A stretch of 64,000 bases of DNA from Callorhinchus milii (taxonomy: Eukaryota). Of the stretch, positions 25,119 to 37,032 are shown one piece after another (position 1 is the stretch's first letter; every line of letters starts with the position of its first letter). The notes beneath the pieces were generated by a model that saw only the letters and a list, made by a program, of their open reading frames with translations, was not told the DNA's origin and did not search any database. Position numbers and translations under genes: made by a program. The DNA lies in assembly GCF_018977255.1 (NCBI RefSeq), contig NW_024704742.1:60142001-60206000 (forward strand). Direction: 5' to 3'.

Positions 25119-26118
25119 TCATTTTGGATTGATACAGAAAGCTGAGCAGCAACTGCACCAGCTGTTGTGTCTTGGCATTAATAAGGTGTTCTCATCCAAA
25201 ATGTGGTATCTGTTCCAGGCATCGCTTACAGGGACACTGAGTGCAAATAGTGACTTCTGACAGAAACTAAAGGCACATCATTGCCAAGTCTCCGGTAACT
25301 TTCTAGTCATCAATTTAGACTTCAAAGCAATCTAGCTTATCATATTGATTTGAAAGATCTACATTCACAAAGGGGACTCAGGGGCTCAAATGTTAATGCT
25401 CTCACATGATTTCACGGTCCAGTTAAACAATTGTCTCAGGGCTCAAAATACAAGCATTAATGTTGTGATAATTAGTGTTGTGATAATAATAATTATATCA
25501 TTGCTAAATAATGTCAATAAGGCAGGTTAATAACATCCATAAATACAGACTGGTTACATGTGAACCCCATTCCTCCCCTGACTTCCATCACCACTGAAAG
25601 TTTAACCTAGCCCATAGCACAGATCAGAACATTGGCATGGATTAGTGGATCTTCGCATGTTTGTGTTAAACCAAGCCCACATCTGCTATCGAGCAATTCA
25701 ATGGATAGTCGAAAAACATGAGACATTGACTATCTTGGCTTAAGTTAAGAAAACAGCAGAGCTGGAGAGACAAGTAAAGGATTAGAACAAGAAACCTGAA
25801 GCACAGAGAGTAGATGGAGAAGAAGAAGAACGCCCAATTGTTGGAGGAAGTTCGCAAACAAGATGGCAACTTGACGGACAACTCTCAGGTCTGCATGAGA
25901 GAACTTGGCTTTGCTTTTTGCTTTTGACGGTTTATGTCAGGGGGCATTCAATGACTTAAAAGTATCCTCTTTTCCTATTAGGTGAAGTTGCTTTAGAAAA
26001 TAACTGTTCTAATCCACGGAAATCAGGACCAGGTGCCTACCCATTCCTTTTATATATTCTGTGAAGCACTTTGAAATGTCTTAAAGATGTGATAAGGAGC
26101 TATATCACATGCAAAGGT

Positions 26119-26149
<31 letters not shown>

Positions 26150-29100
26150 ATATTTAGATAGCCTTTGAAGACCTTAAGCCTTGGGAATCTTGAAACATTA
26201 AGGGAATCTCACTTCTGGCAACAACTGTTAACCATTGAACCATAAATATTTGCAGCATGTAAGACAGCTATTTGGCCTATTTTGCATCTGTTGGCTCCCT
26301 CAGGACAATCCTTTCAGCTCCATTTACCCGTCTTTACCCCATATCCCTGAGGCTGATGGTTTTTCAGGTAAAAATAATATAAAATCAATGGAATCTCATG
26401 GCAGAAGGTAAGCTTCACTCGACAACATTTTGAAGCCGGTGGTTGTGAAGTACCAGACTATTTGTAAAGCTTGTAAAGCACTCTGGCTCCTACCCTGTGT
26501 GAAGGGCACTATATAAATGCAAGTTGCTGATGTTGTTGTTGATATCCTGTTTCTTCTCTAACCTCACCACAGGAACAAACTATTATTTAAAAAAGAATGG
26601 GCACCTCCTACAATGCAGCATTTCCCCAGTACTGTATTTGAAGTTTTAGCTTAGACAGTGAGTTAAAGTCTCAATGTTGGATTGGGACCCTCAACTTTCT
26701 GACTCGGAGGTGAGAGTTCTATCAACTGAGCCAGGCCGACACCTTTAAACATGTTAGTGCTTGATCGTGATTCATGTGATTGGGTTGCAAGATTCTGATG
26801 AAATGTTTTGTAGCTGACTTGATTGGAATAACATTTGAGCAAATGTGGGAGGTAGAAATTCTGTACTATATGGCACCTGTGTCAATTAAGCTGTACCTTG
26901 GAAAGTAAATTAGACTGATATTGGCAGCATGAGTACAAGGGGAAGGGATGGATGAAACAAATGAGAAGCACTTATGTACAGTTCATCAGCAAAGCATATT
27001 GGTAATGCAGACTAGGAAAATCTTGCATTCATCCAGTTATGCTTAGAATCAACAGAATACCAATGGTGGCAGGATCAACTTTGGCTCCAATCTGCTCCCT
27101 GTTCTCACAGGTGGAATTCCTTTCAATTGAGTGTCCAGATAGAGCGTCCACCTGTCCTCCTTCATTCTCTGTTCTGGAGGATCTTATTTTGAGCATGAAA
27201 CAGGCATTAGTTACAGTGTTAGCTAGCAGGTATTCAGTGTATCTTAATGCATCCAAAATTGTCTACTTAGCAAAGTATGTTCACATTTTAGGTGATGTTA
27301 AATATAAGGCCTAAAAAATTCTCATGATTTTAGCCTTAAGCTAAATGTCATAAATTTTATGGTGATACAGAATTTGAAACATTCTGAGAATTTAAAATTT
27401 TTAAGACCCTCATCTTAAGGCTAAAAAGATGTTTGAATTACTTGAATAGGAGTTGATACACCACAGCACTACAACAACAACAAGATTCCATTTATAAAGC
27501 GCCTTTCACGTCGGGAGGACGTCCCAAGGCGCTGTACAGTTGGGTCAGGACCCGAGCAGGGGGGAAATGGTCAGGGGGAGGGAAAGGAGGGAGCGAGGAG
27601 GGGTAGAGAGTCGAGAAATATATGTTTGAGATAAACCTAGATGAAAAGTGTTGGGTGCAATTCCCGATTTATGCAGCAACTCCATGCATGAGAACACTCC
27701 AATTGATCATGTCAACAAAGCTTTGACCTTGGTATTCATCCCATGCTGGCTATGTAAATAATGTGGTGGTCACATAAGTCAACTGGTTCTCTGTTCAGTA
27801 CTTTCAACTCAAGAGAATCAGTCTGTTGTACATTTAAGAATGTGTGACAGAGAAACAGCTGTGTGTGGCTATTAGTAATTATGTATTGGAGTAGAAGGTT
27901 ATCAGGGTCTGTTTTTATGTGTGTCTTAGCAAATGCTATGATGGCACAGAAATTCATCACTCAGGTGAAAGATGCGTTTGAAAATAGGTCTTCGAGTTTT
28001 GCCAAGGTTAACTGACAATTGGGTATGTTATGGTAACCTTATTCTTGCAGTCTTTTGTAATGTGTGGATAATGTGTATATATAACTATATAATATTATTT
28101 AAGGGAAATGGGGAGGCCTGTCCCTTTAAATGGGTTGTGTAAGATTCCAAGTTGCTGAAGCTGCTTGCAGCACAGAGTTAGCAACCAGCCTACACCAGTT
28201 TGCAGCGAAGTATAGATCCAGGGCTGCTTGATTGACAGTCAGGTAACAAGCGCTAACAAGCAGCTCGCAGAGTAAAATAACACACGGGCGCTAGCGCGGG
28301 AAAGATAAACCCTCGCATTGGCATAATATGGTGGGTGGAGACACATGCATATATAAGGCAATTCTCAGCGGACCTCGTGGTCGCTAACTAATGGGTGGGA
28401 TCCGGTATGTATTGACGTGTACAGGACTACTATATGGTCAGGGTTGGTTTCATGTTCCTTTCCAATGTAGTATTGTGCTGCCATGTTATAGTTATGTGTG
28501 ATTGTTATATTTGATCCCATTGTTGTGTTCCTTATATGCAAGGTAGCCTAGGGTTGCTAGGTTTTAGTAAAGAGCTGTTGTTTCTACCGAATGTATCCTC
28601 GAGTCTCTAGTATTCCAGACAAGAAAAGGAGTAAGCACTTTGGAGGGTAGTTATCAACGTCAGAGATCTACTAGTGCGAGCGGACTACGATTAGATATTC
28701 CAGTTACCGGGCATTGGGGTTAACTGGGAATATCTGTCTGTGTGTGACTATGACTTGGTTGAGTCACCTTTGAAATACGGACTCACATCGACAGGGTTTG
28801 AAGAGACTCAGGCCACTGAGTAAGAAAGCATTAATAAAATTTGCACGTACATCATGGAGTGAGAACCGCCGCAGGTGGAAAAGGAATTACCAGCAGATGG
28901 TGAATAGTGATTAAACTTATTTTCTTTCCTTGAGAAACACTTCTGTTTAATGGATTTCGAAGGTAATTGGTTCCAATTGGTTCATACTGACAGAAATCTC
29001 CTCACTACACTCTGAATATATGGCAACTTTAACACCGTCTGTGGCAGGGTTCTGGTGTGAGATATGATGGTCAGCAATGGATACTTGTTGCATAGAAAAA

Positions 29101-29548
29101 GATTCACAAATAGCTAATGGAGGGGTGTGTCTGAAATGAAATATTCTCAAACAAATTCATAAGCAGGGAGTTCTGCCAGTTACCGACTTTCTGTCACTCT
29201 GACCCATGGGAACTCTGTTCTGACACAATTGGGAATATGTTGCAGCCAAGCACAGTTCCCGCATGATGTACTTCTTTCAAGAGTCACCTTGGTAGTGATT
29301 CTGTTTTGTAAGTACCACATTTTTGAGCCTGATATGTCAAGGTGGTTGTCAGCTGAAAACACAAGTGAGAGCTGGCAGGTTGATTGAAGGTTGCGGATAT
29401 TTGTAATATGCAAAATAAAATTTACAATCTACCTGCATAAACAATTACATGCTGCCAGCAGACACAACCATTCATATCTGAAGCGAGGGTTCAGATCAGA
29501 CAGTGGAGTCGGTTCGGCAAACTTGTTCTCTGCCTTCAGCTCATTCAT
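25119..29548 (-). CDS. Speculative 4-exon, 172-aa ORF of unknown product (exons 29548-29433, 29130-28988, 27182-27061, 25256-25119)
   Basis: GT-AG boundaries with consistent phases (2,1,0), ATG to TGA, mostly non-repeat sequence. No recognisable homology and one weak acceptor. Confidence 0.2.
25742..25903 (+). pseudogene. ERC2: Processed fragment of ERC1/ERC2 (ELKS/CAST active-zone protein) mRNA
   Basis: 25747-25888 translates KKTAELERQVKD*NK(frameshift)NLKHRE*MEKKKNAQLLEEVRKQDGNLTDNSQ. As recalled, ERC1 has KKIAELERQVKDQNKKVANLKHKEQVEKKKSAQMLEEARRREDNLNDSSQ and ERC2 has ...EKKKNAQLLEEVRR...DNSQ. Two TAG stops at Gln positions, one short frameshifting deletion, flanking CTTGGCTT repeat. The ERC1 versus ERC2 assignment is uncertain. 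Confidence 0.85.
26590..26745 (-). mobile_element. Deu-family SINE 5' part
   Basis: TTCTGACTCGGAGGTGAGAGTTCTATCAACTGAGCCAGGCCGACAC is the reverse complement of the SINE head. Confidence 0.75.
27470..27617 (-). mobile_element. Young L2 3' UTR
   Basis: Reverse complement of 43370-43518; perfect stem-loop; (CAA)n. Confidence 0.92.
28056..28900 (+). mobile_element. LTR retrotransposon-like fragment (Gypsy-like LTR, possibly with the start of the internal region)
   Basis: Starts TGTAA; locally CpG-rich; TATA-like ATATAAG near 28351; AGTAAA near 28566; candidate end GTAAGCA at 28637 with CTTT on both sides; unique in the window. Confidence 0.55.
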
Positions 29549-30427
29549 TAAACCAGCCCGAAATAATGGATTGCCTTAATTACTTTACCTACATCTGTAA
29601 TGTGTGAATTGCATCTCACAGAGGATAAACGTGCCACAGCCAAATAATAGTTTATTTCTTTATTTGTACAAAATCAAGAATTTCATCTATTAAAAATGAA
29701 ATAAATGGGCATAACATCACTAATGCCAATAGAAGATAATAATATCTTGCTATTGAATGTGTACAAGGCTTTGCTTATCCATCATATTATTTATTTCTCA
29801 TCTAGTTGTGTTTATTATCAGTCATGAAACATCACAAAATAATAGAAATTCTACAACATGCTGGTTTTATAGCTTTTCTCAAACGCATTAATAATAAATA
29901 ATCATAATCCTTGAATGTATTATTTAATATGGTGTTTCATCAAATTGAAATGCCTCAAATCACTTCACAAATGATTACCAGCAAAAGTAGTAACAACATT
30001 TGGTAGGCAAACCAACAGCCATTCATACAGCCAAGATCCCACAATAACCAATTAGCCTGGAGGATTTTTTATCAGGGTATGAGGAGAAACTTCCTTCTCT
30101 TTGCGAAAATCTACTGAAGTTGGCTGTATGATAAACATGCAGATTGGATTTTAATTGTTTAACAAACAGTCTGTCCAGACAAATAAAAATGTAATAGCTT
30201 CACATTTCATAACTAAGTTTTATTGAAGATACATTTTCAACAAATCCGATTGTTAAATTGGCGTTGTTAAGGGGAGTCTATATAAATTGTTTTTTGCTGT
30301 TGTATTTGATACCGATATTTGTAATGCTTGAATTAAGTCTCAACTTTGAAATTGTTTTCCTGTAGTTCTTAAAACAACTTAACCGAAACAACTTACCGAA
30401 AACTGGTGTCAGAATTGTTATTATTAT

Positions 30428-30790
30428 TAATAATAATCCTTACATTTGGCATAGTCCCTTTTACAAAGAATTATGTTCAAAACACTTCACAGGATAGTTA
30501 AAGTGTAAAGATGTAAATTGTGGTGACTTTGTGTTTTGCTAGCAAATGTGGCAGTCGATTTGAACAGAGCAATGTCCCGCAAAAAGCCATGAAGTGAATG
30601 TCAAATTTTATTTGGGGGATTGTTTGCCAGGGCACTAGGAGAAAATACTTTCTCTTTTTGATTCGTACTGTTTAATGTTCACCTGACAAGGCAGACGGCG
30701 CCTCAATTTAATGACTCATCCGAAAGATGGCATTTCCAAGAATGCAACACAACCTAAGCAATGCACTGGAGGATCAGTTCAGACTATATT
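30428..30790 (-). mobile_element. Deu-domain SINE
   Basis: GGCAGACGGCGCCTCAATTTAATGACTCATCCGAAAGATGGCA core plus tail. Confidence 0.8.
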
Positions 30791-31067
30791 AGTTCCATAT
30801 CCCAACATGGGTCTAATTAACATGGTATTGAAGAATTTCCTTCATTCTGGATGCTCTATATTGCTATGTAAACAGTATAAATCCAGACTCAGGTGGAATT
30901 TTTCCGCAATTGCGTGGAGCATGCAAGGCAAGTAGTAAGTGCGGTAGCAATAAATTAAACCCAAAATTGATTAATAGTGAACATTAAAATGGAGATTAAA
31001 ATAATAGCATGATTTACAAAGCTTTTAGGTGGAAGAGAAAGAATCACCATTGGGCTGGTACAGAAGC

Positions 31068-31307
31068 AGATAATAATCCTTATATTTGATATAGCACCAT
31101 ATCACATCATTGAAATATTTCAAGGCAGACGGGCCTCGGTTTAATGTCTCAACCGAAGAATGGTACCTTGAACAATGCAGTGCTCCCCAAGCGTGACACT
31201 GGAGTGTCAGCTTAGACTGTATCAGTTCCAAGTACTGAAGTGGGACTTGAGCCCACAACCTTTTGACTCAGAAGCAATAGTGCCACCAATTGAGCCAGGC
31301 TGACACA
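31068..31307 (-). mobile_element. Deu-domain SINE, internally deleted
   Basis: GGCAGACGGGCCTCGGTTTAATGTCTCA core; head ends TGAGCCAGGCTGACAC. Confidence 0.85.
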
Positions 31308-31580
31308 CTTCCCCTAGCATGGAAACTTACAAAAATAACATTCACAAATTCAGGGTAACATAATAAAATTTGTAGATGACACCATGCTAGGGGGACTGTG
31401 GAATCAAAGAAAGTTATTGAGATCATACAAAGAGATCTTAACAGGGTATGTACCAGGGCTGATATGAATGCTGACAATTACAAGAAAGTTAAAAAGGCAC
31501 ATGAACACCACAGATGGAATAGCATTGCAAGGGAGGAGTTGAAAGAGACTTGAAAGAGACTTTGGAGTGTTGATTAACTG

Positions 31581-32978
31581 TTGCTCCTCATGTTTCTTGC
31601 CCCACACATCACTGACATCATAAACCTGTCCCTCTCCTCTGGCTCTGTCCCCATTCCATTAAAAACTGCCATCATCACGCCCACCCTGAAAAAACCCTCC
31701 CTTGATGCGTCGCAGCTATCAAGCTACCGGCCCATCTCCAACCTCCCCTTTCTCTCCAAGGTCTTGGAAAGAGTTGTCGCCTTCCAACTGCGCTCTTTCC
31801 TCTCCACCCATTCTCTTTTTGAACCCCTTCAGTCAGGTTTCCGTGCTGCTCATAGCACAGAAACTGCCCTGGTCAAGGTCACCAATGATATCCTGACTAT
31901 CTGTGACCAGGGCTCCCTCTGTCTCCTCGTCCTCCTCGACCTATCGGCAGCAATCGATACGGTCGACCACGCTATCCTACTCCACCGCTTGTCCTCCCAC
32001 CTCAACCTTCAAGGCACTGTCCTTGAATGGTTTAGCTCTTACCTTTCCCACCGTCTTCACTTCGTCTCAACGAATGGCTTCTCCTCCACCCCCCGTACTG
32101 TCTCATGTGGTGTCCCTCAGGGCTCTGTCCTCGGTCCCCTCCTCTTCACCCTCTATATGCTCCCCCTCGGTGACATCATCCGCAAACATGGGGTTAACTT
32201 CCACATGTATGCGGATGACACCCAACTCTACCTTTCCTCCTCTACTCTCAACTCCACGACCACCGATGTCCTGACAGCCTGCCTGTCCGACATCGAGTCC
32301 TGGACGAGAGACAACTTTCTTCAGCTCAACGTGCGAAAAACCGAGGCCCTCCTGATTGGCTCACGTCAGCGCCTCCGCACCTCAGGCGCTGACACCATCA
32401 GCATCCAAGGCTGCACTCTCCACCTCTCAAAGCCAGTCAGGAACCTCGGCGTTTTGTTCGACCCTGAGCTGTCCTTTCTCCCTCACATCCGCACCACAAC
32501 TGGCACCGCCTTCCATCACCTCCGGAATATCGCCAGATTACGGCACTACCTCACCCCTCACGCTGCTGAAACCCTGGTTCACGCCTTTGTCACCTCAAGG
32601 CTGGACTATGGGAACTCTCTCCTCGCCGGCCTTCCCGCCACCTCCCTCCACAAGCTGCAGGTCATTCAGAACTCTGCAGCTCGTGTACTGTCCCGCACCA
32701 GGCTTCGGGACCACATCACTCCCACCCTCGCTCGCCTCCACTGGCTCCCCATCCCCCAGAGGATTGATTTCAAGATCCTCATCCTCACCTACAAGGCCAT
32801 TCACGGCCTTGCTCCCTCCTACCTCTCCAACCTACTATCCCCCTACCTACCTGCCCGTACCCTCCGTTCCTCTGGCTCCGGTCTGCTCCACGTCCCCCGC
32901 CCCAACCGCCCTACTATCGGTGGTCGGGCCTTCAGCCTCTCAGCCCCGAGGCTCTGGAACTCCATCCAAGGATTCTGA
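31581..32978 (+). CDS. L2 ORF2 reverse-transcriptase domain fragment (465-aa open frame, no endonuclease)
   Basis: [68 protein letters not shown]. Confidence 0.9.
   Translation: MLLMFLAPHITDIINLSLSSGSVPIPLKTAIITPTLKKPSLDASQLSSYRPISNLPFLSKVLERVVAFQLRSFLSTHSLFEPLQSGFRAAHSTETALVKVTNDILTICDQGSLCLLVLLDLSAAIDTVDHAILLHRLSSHLNLQGTVLEWFSSYLSHRLHFVSTNGFSSTPRTVSCGVPQGSVLGPLLFTLYMLPLGDIIRKHGVNFHMYADDTQLYLSSSTLNSTTTDVLTACLSDIESWTRDNFLQLNVRKTEALLIGSRQRLRTSGADTISIQGCTLHLSKPVRNLGVLFDPELSFLPHIRTTTGTAFHHLRNIARLRHYLTPHAAETLVHAFVTSRLDYGNSLLAGLPATSLHKLQVIQNSAARVLSRTRLRDHITPTLARLHWLPIPQRIDFKILILTYKAIHGLAPSYLSNLLSPYLPARTLRSSGSGLLHVPRPNRPTIGGRAFSLSAPRLWNSIQGF
31590..32967 (+). mobile_element. Young L2 LINE segment, truncated at both ends
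   Basis: Very close to the copy at 42285-43283; lacks the ORF2 C-terminus and 3' UTR. Confidence 0.96.
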
Positions 32979-35473
32979 GGCGGTGACCTCTTGGAGCCAT
33001 GTTGCACTTACGTTGACGTCCTCTTATGACTTGTGGTGGTGTAGGGTGAGGCAAAAATAAACATGGCAACCATGGGCTACAAAACTAAATCAACTGAAGT
33101 CAAGACACCAGAAGCAATGCGGAAGTCATAAAACGCTTTGATCAGACTACACCTGGAATACTGAACCATTACAAAATAGGTGGGATATCCAGGCCATAAA
33201 GGTAGTGCAGATAAAGTAATGAATGCCAGTTTTTGAGAAATTTTGAAGAATAACTGATACATTAAGATTCTTCAGAGTCAAAGAGAGGCAATCCGGAGGT
33301 CCTCATAAAGTTATATATGTTTGCATTTATATTTATTTTTTGATTGAAAACCACCTTGATTCTGAAGATGATTCACTGTCAAATATGCAACTCAAGCACA
33401 ACCTCAGCCAAAGTGAATTACACATAGGCTCACTCCAGCCACCATTGGAGGACTTAGTTTCATGGGAAGTGCTATTTGCATCTATTCACTATAAGTATGG
33501 TGGGCAGCAGTTGCATTTCTTTCACACTCCCACACTCCATTAAGGATAGACTTGATAGGTTGGGCCTTTTTTAGCGAGAAAAGAGACGTTTAAGAGGGCA
33601 CCTAATAGATGTATTTAAAATTATAAAATAGTTTGATAAGTTTAAATAAATAAATTATTTCCACTATATAAGGTAGGGACAATGGGACCCAAGAGAGAAT
33701 TTAGGAGGAACTACTTCACACAGAGGTTAGTGAGATTGTGGAACTTGCTGCCTGAAGTAGTGGTTGAATCAGGTAGTATAGATGTTTTCAAAAGGAAGCT
33801 AGATCTTCACATGAGGGTGAGGGGAATGGAAAGGTATGGGAAGGAGTAAGAAGTGGGGGGAGAAATATGTGGAATATCAACCCAAGCACAGACTGGTTGG
33901 GCAGATGGTGTGTTTCCATGCTATACATTATTTGTAAATCTTAGTGAATATATGTGCTAAAGGAACCTATTCATCTGAACTTCTCAGGAACTTATGAAAA
34001 AAAAGTGAATTCTTAATTCTACATCTATAATAATAATAATATTTCTTGTATTTGAAACAGCACTTTACCACGTTGTTGAGACATCTCAAAGTGCTTCATA
34101 GAATATACTGTAATGTGAATAGTTCTGGGGCAAAACACGGCAGGCAATTGTGCACAGCAGTGTCCCACAAACAATCGTGGAGTGACCAAATTATTTTTTT
34201 TTAATTTAAAAAAAATTGGAGGAATTATTAACCCCAATTCCTGAGCCATGTGGGTCTGCAGTACTCCAAAGTAGTGTTGATGCTTGATCAGACATCTTGG
34301 CTCAATTGGAGGACCAACAACAAATTACATTTGTATAGCGCCTTTCACATCAGAAGGACGTCCCAAGGTGCTGACCACTAACCGGGATTCTTCCCACTTG
34401 GCTCCTCTTAATCCTGCAAGCCAAAGCTCTAATACATACAGTGGTCCTAGCTGGACAAGTCGTTGGTAGCTTGCCAGACAGAACTCACAATGGCAAGCCA
34501 CATGGTTTTAGATGGTTAAATCCAATGCACACTCTGGGGTTCCCCCAAGCCTTGGCTTTTGTTAACTTGCATCTGATTCTTTCCAGAACTAAGCAGGGAG
34601 AGAATGTATACCCCATTCAAGACAAAATTACATTTTCAAGGGGAGGAAAAGTGGCATACATATTTGGAACATAAGCCAATTGAGCAAAAAGAAAATAAGC
34701 TTAACAAGTACCCCTGCGAAGCTTGTTTTTTAATACTAAAGAGTCCTAACATTTCAAATAATTTGTCAAACAATGGGATTTTATTGTGGTTTGCTGAGTG
34801 TCTAACACATATTGAAAGCTATCAACACAGTTAAGAATATCCAAATCAGACTAAGAGTTACATGTGTGACACCTACATATGGAAATTCCTTTGTCTTGAA
34901 AGGAATTGGAAATTTCCATGTGAAGATGACATACATGGAACTCAGCCTGGGTTGGAAAGTTGGGTTCAAGCCTAACTGCAGCACTGAAAAATATAGCAGC
35001 GTTGTAGCAAGTAAATCGAGCCATTGACATATAATTAATTCTTGGTGAGATTGCGAGTGTTTCACCAATTTTTTGAACATCTTGATTGTTACATGAAAAT
35101 AATTAATATCGTACATACGGTGCATACGGGGGAAACTTGCCCCAAGGTTTTGTGGCCAGGATCATTAGAAAGATGATATATCTGTAATGGCTAATTTTAG
35201 CTAAAATATTAATGTGAGCAAACAGGTATGAAATGCTGGCAGATGGTGCCAATGGAGAAACTATCCATATTTGTAATATTAATCAATCTTCACGTTTGAT
35301 ATTGTACCTTTGCATCAGAATGGCAACTCAAAGAGCTTCACAAGATAAACTGTAAAATGCGGTGACTGTATATTTTGTAGGCGAAGTGTATGGAGCGTAC
35401 CTCTTAGTGTCACACAACTTTTATCAGATTTGGTTCTCAAAAAAACAGCAGCAAAGAGGGACCAGCAAGGCCA

Positions 35474-35727
35474 ATAATAGCAATAATAATCCTTGCATTT
35501 GATATAGCGCCTTATCACATCTTCAAGAAGTCTAAAGCGCTTCACAGAATATAGTGTGAAGTGAATTCACTGTGTATTTTGTGGATGAAACGCGGCAGTC
35601 AATTGTGCACAGCATTGTCCCATTGTGGAATAAGGAAACTTACCCAACGTTTCATCCTGCCTGGAATAGAACCCAGGTCTCTCATTTGCGAGACAAGCGC
35701 TCTAACCACTGAGCTACAGGATTCCAT
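35474..35727 (-). mobile_element. tRNA-derived SINE with internal deletion
   Basis: Head CTCTAACCACTGAGCTACAGGATTCCA; the segment between GTCCCA and TGTGGAATAAGG is missing relative to 45639-45961. Confidence 0.9.
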
Positions 35728-36809
35728 GTATTTATTGTTGTCACTTTAACTCGCTGGTAAATTTCCAGATATGTTTCCTTACTTCTGGAAAGTATAATAA
35801 GAGTTACATTTGTATGTAACAAGACAAGACAATTTATTGTTTGGACACTTTTTTAAATAAAGGCTCATTGATTTGTTTCATTACTTCCTTTTAGACTCAT
35901 AAACCTATGACTTCCAGATATCATAGCAGCTATATACTGGACAGGGCACAGTCCATGGAGAACCAATTACCATTTGTCAGTATAAATGATCTTTTTTGCC
36001 ACCAAACTTCAGTTTCACGATATTTATTTGAGACCAAATGAACCATTCGCTTGGTAATGTTCATTATTCCTGAGCAAAGCTGAATAAAGCCGTAGATGAT
36101 CACAGTATAGTTTGATATCTCTTAGGGTTTGATGTTGCGATAATGAAGATAGTGAATAACACAGAATCCAAGATTTTTACACTTCAAAGATTAGATGTCA
36201 AAGTCTAATTTGCACTTGAGAAGAAACATATGAAGAACTAGTCAATATGAAGAACTCAATATTTTTTGATTTCCTTTTGATTTATTTTCTCCATGTATTT
36301 TGATCACATATATCAGTAAACATAAAAATGAAGCTTTCTATTTCACTATAGATTGGACAAAGTTGATAAAGATCCTTCATATTACAGAAGATTGAAAGTT
36401 TGCCTCATTACAATACAATTCACAATATGATTTATATTCATATAACATCTTTCACACCTGGAGAACGTCTCAAAGCGCTTAAAATCCTGACTCTTTTATT
36501 CCTAAAAGTTCATAATAATATTAATAATAATCCTTGCATTTGACATAGTGCTTTATCACGTCTTAGAAACATCTTAAAGCACTTCATAGAATATACTGTA
36601 GAGTGAATTGACTATATATTTTGTGGGTGAAACACGGCAGCCAAATGCGCACATCAGTATCCCACAAATAGTTATGGATTGAGTGACTAAATTATTGATA
36701 TTAATTCTGGAAATGTATCTTTGGAGAGAAATATTCTCATTCATGGGAATAACACAAGTTTATATTTCTAAATGTAACTTTCAGGCATTCTGCACTCACT
36801 CTTTAAAAC

Positions 36810-37032
36810 TCTGTTCTGGAGGCTCTCTACCTTGCTCCCCTCCCTTCCTACCTGCAAAACCAGCCTTAAAACAAGACAGGCAATTGGTATCTTTTCGACT
36901 ATACTTTGGCCATCCTTTCTCCCCTCCCCACCACCAGCAACACCCCCTTGGGTTTCCAGTCAGCTGCTTGAAGTGCTTTGACATTTAAACCTGGCATGAA
37001 AAGCGCGATTTAAATGTAATTTGGTATTGTTG
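36810..37032 (+). mobile_element. Old L2 3' end
   Basis: CTTGCTCCCTCCCTT...TTTTCGAC...CATGAAAAGCGC tail. Confidence 0.65.

Larger units (their letters stand above)
31335..33945 (+). mobile_element. Old CR1 LINE 3' part, split by an L2 insertion
   Basis: KFVDDT..LGG (31365-31395), ERDFGVLI (31550-31575), LIRLHLEY (33138-33161), LRGHLIDVFKI (33590-33625), YFTQRLVRLWNLLP (33712-33755) and a CR1-type 3' UTR. Confidence 0.8.
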
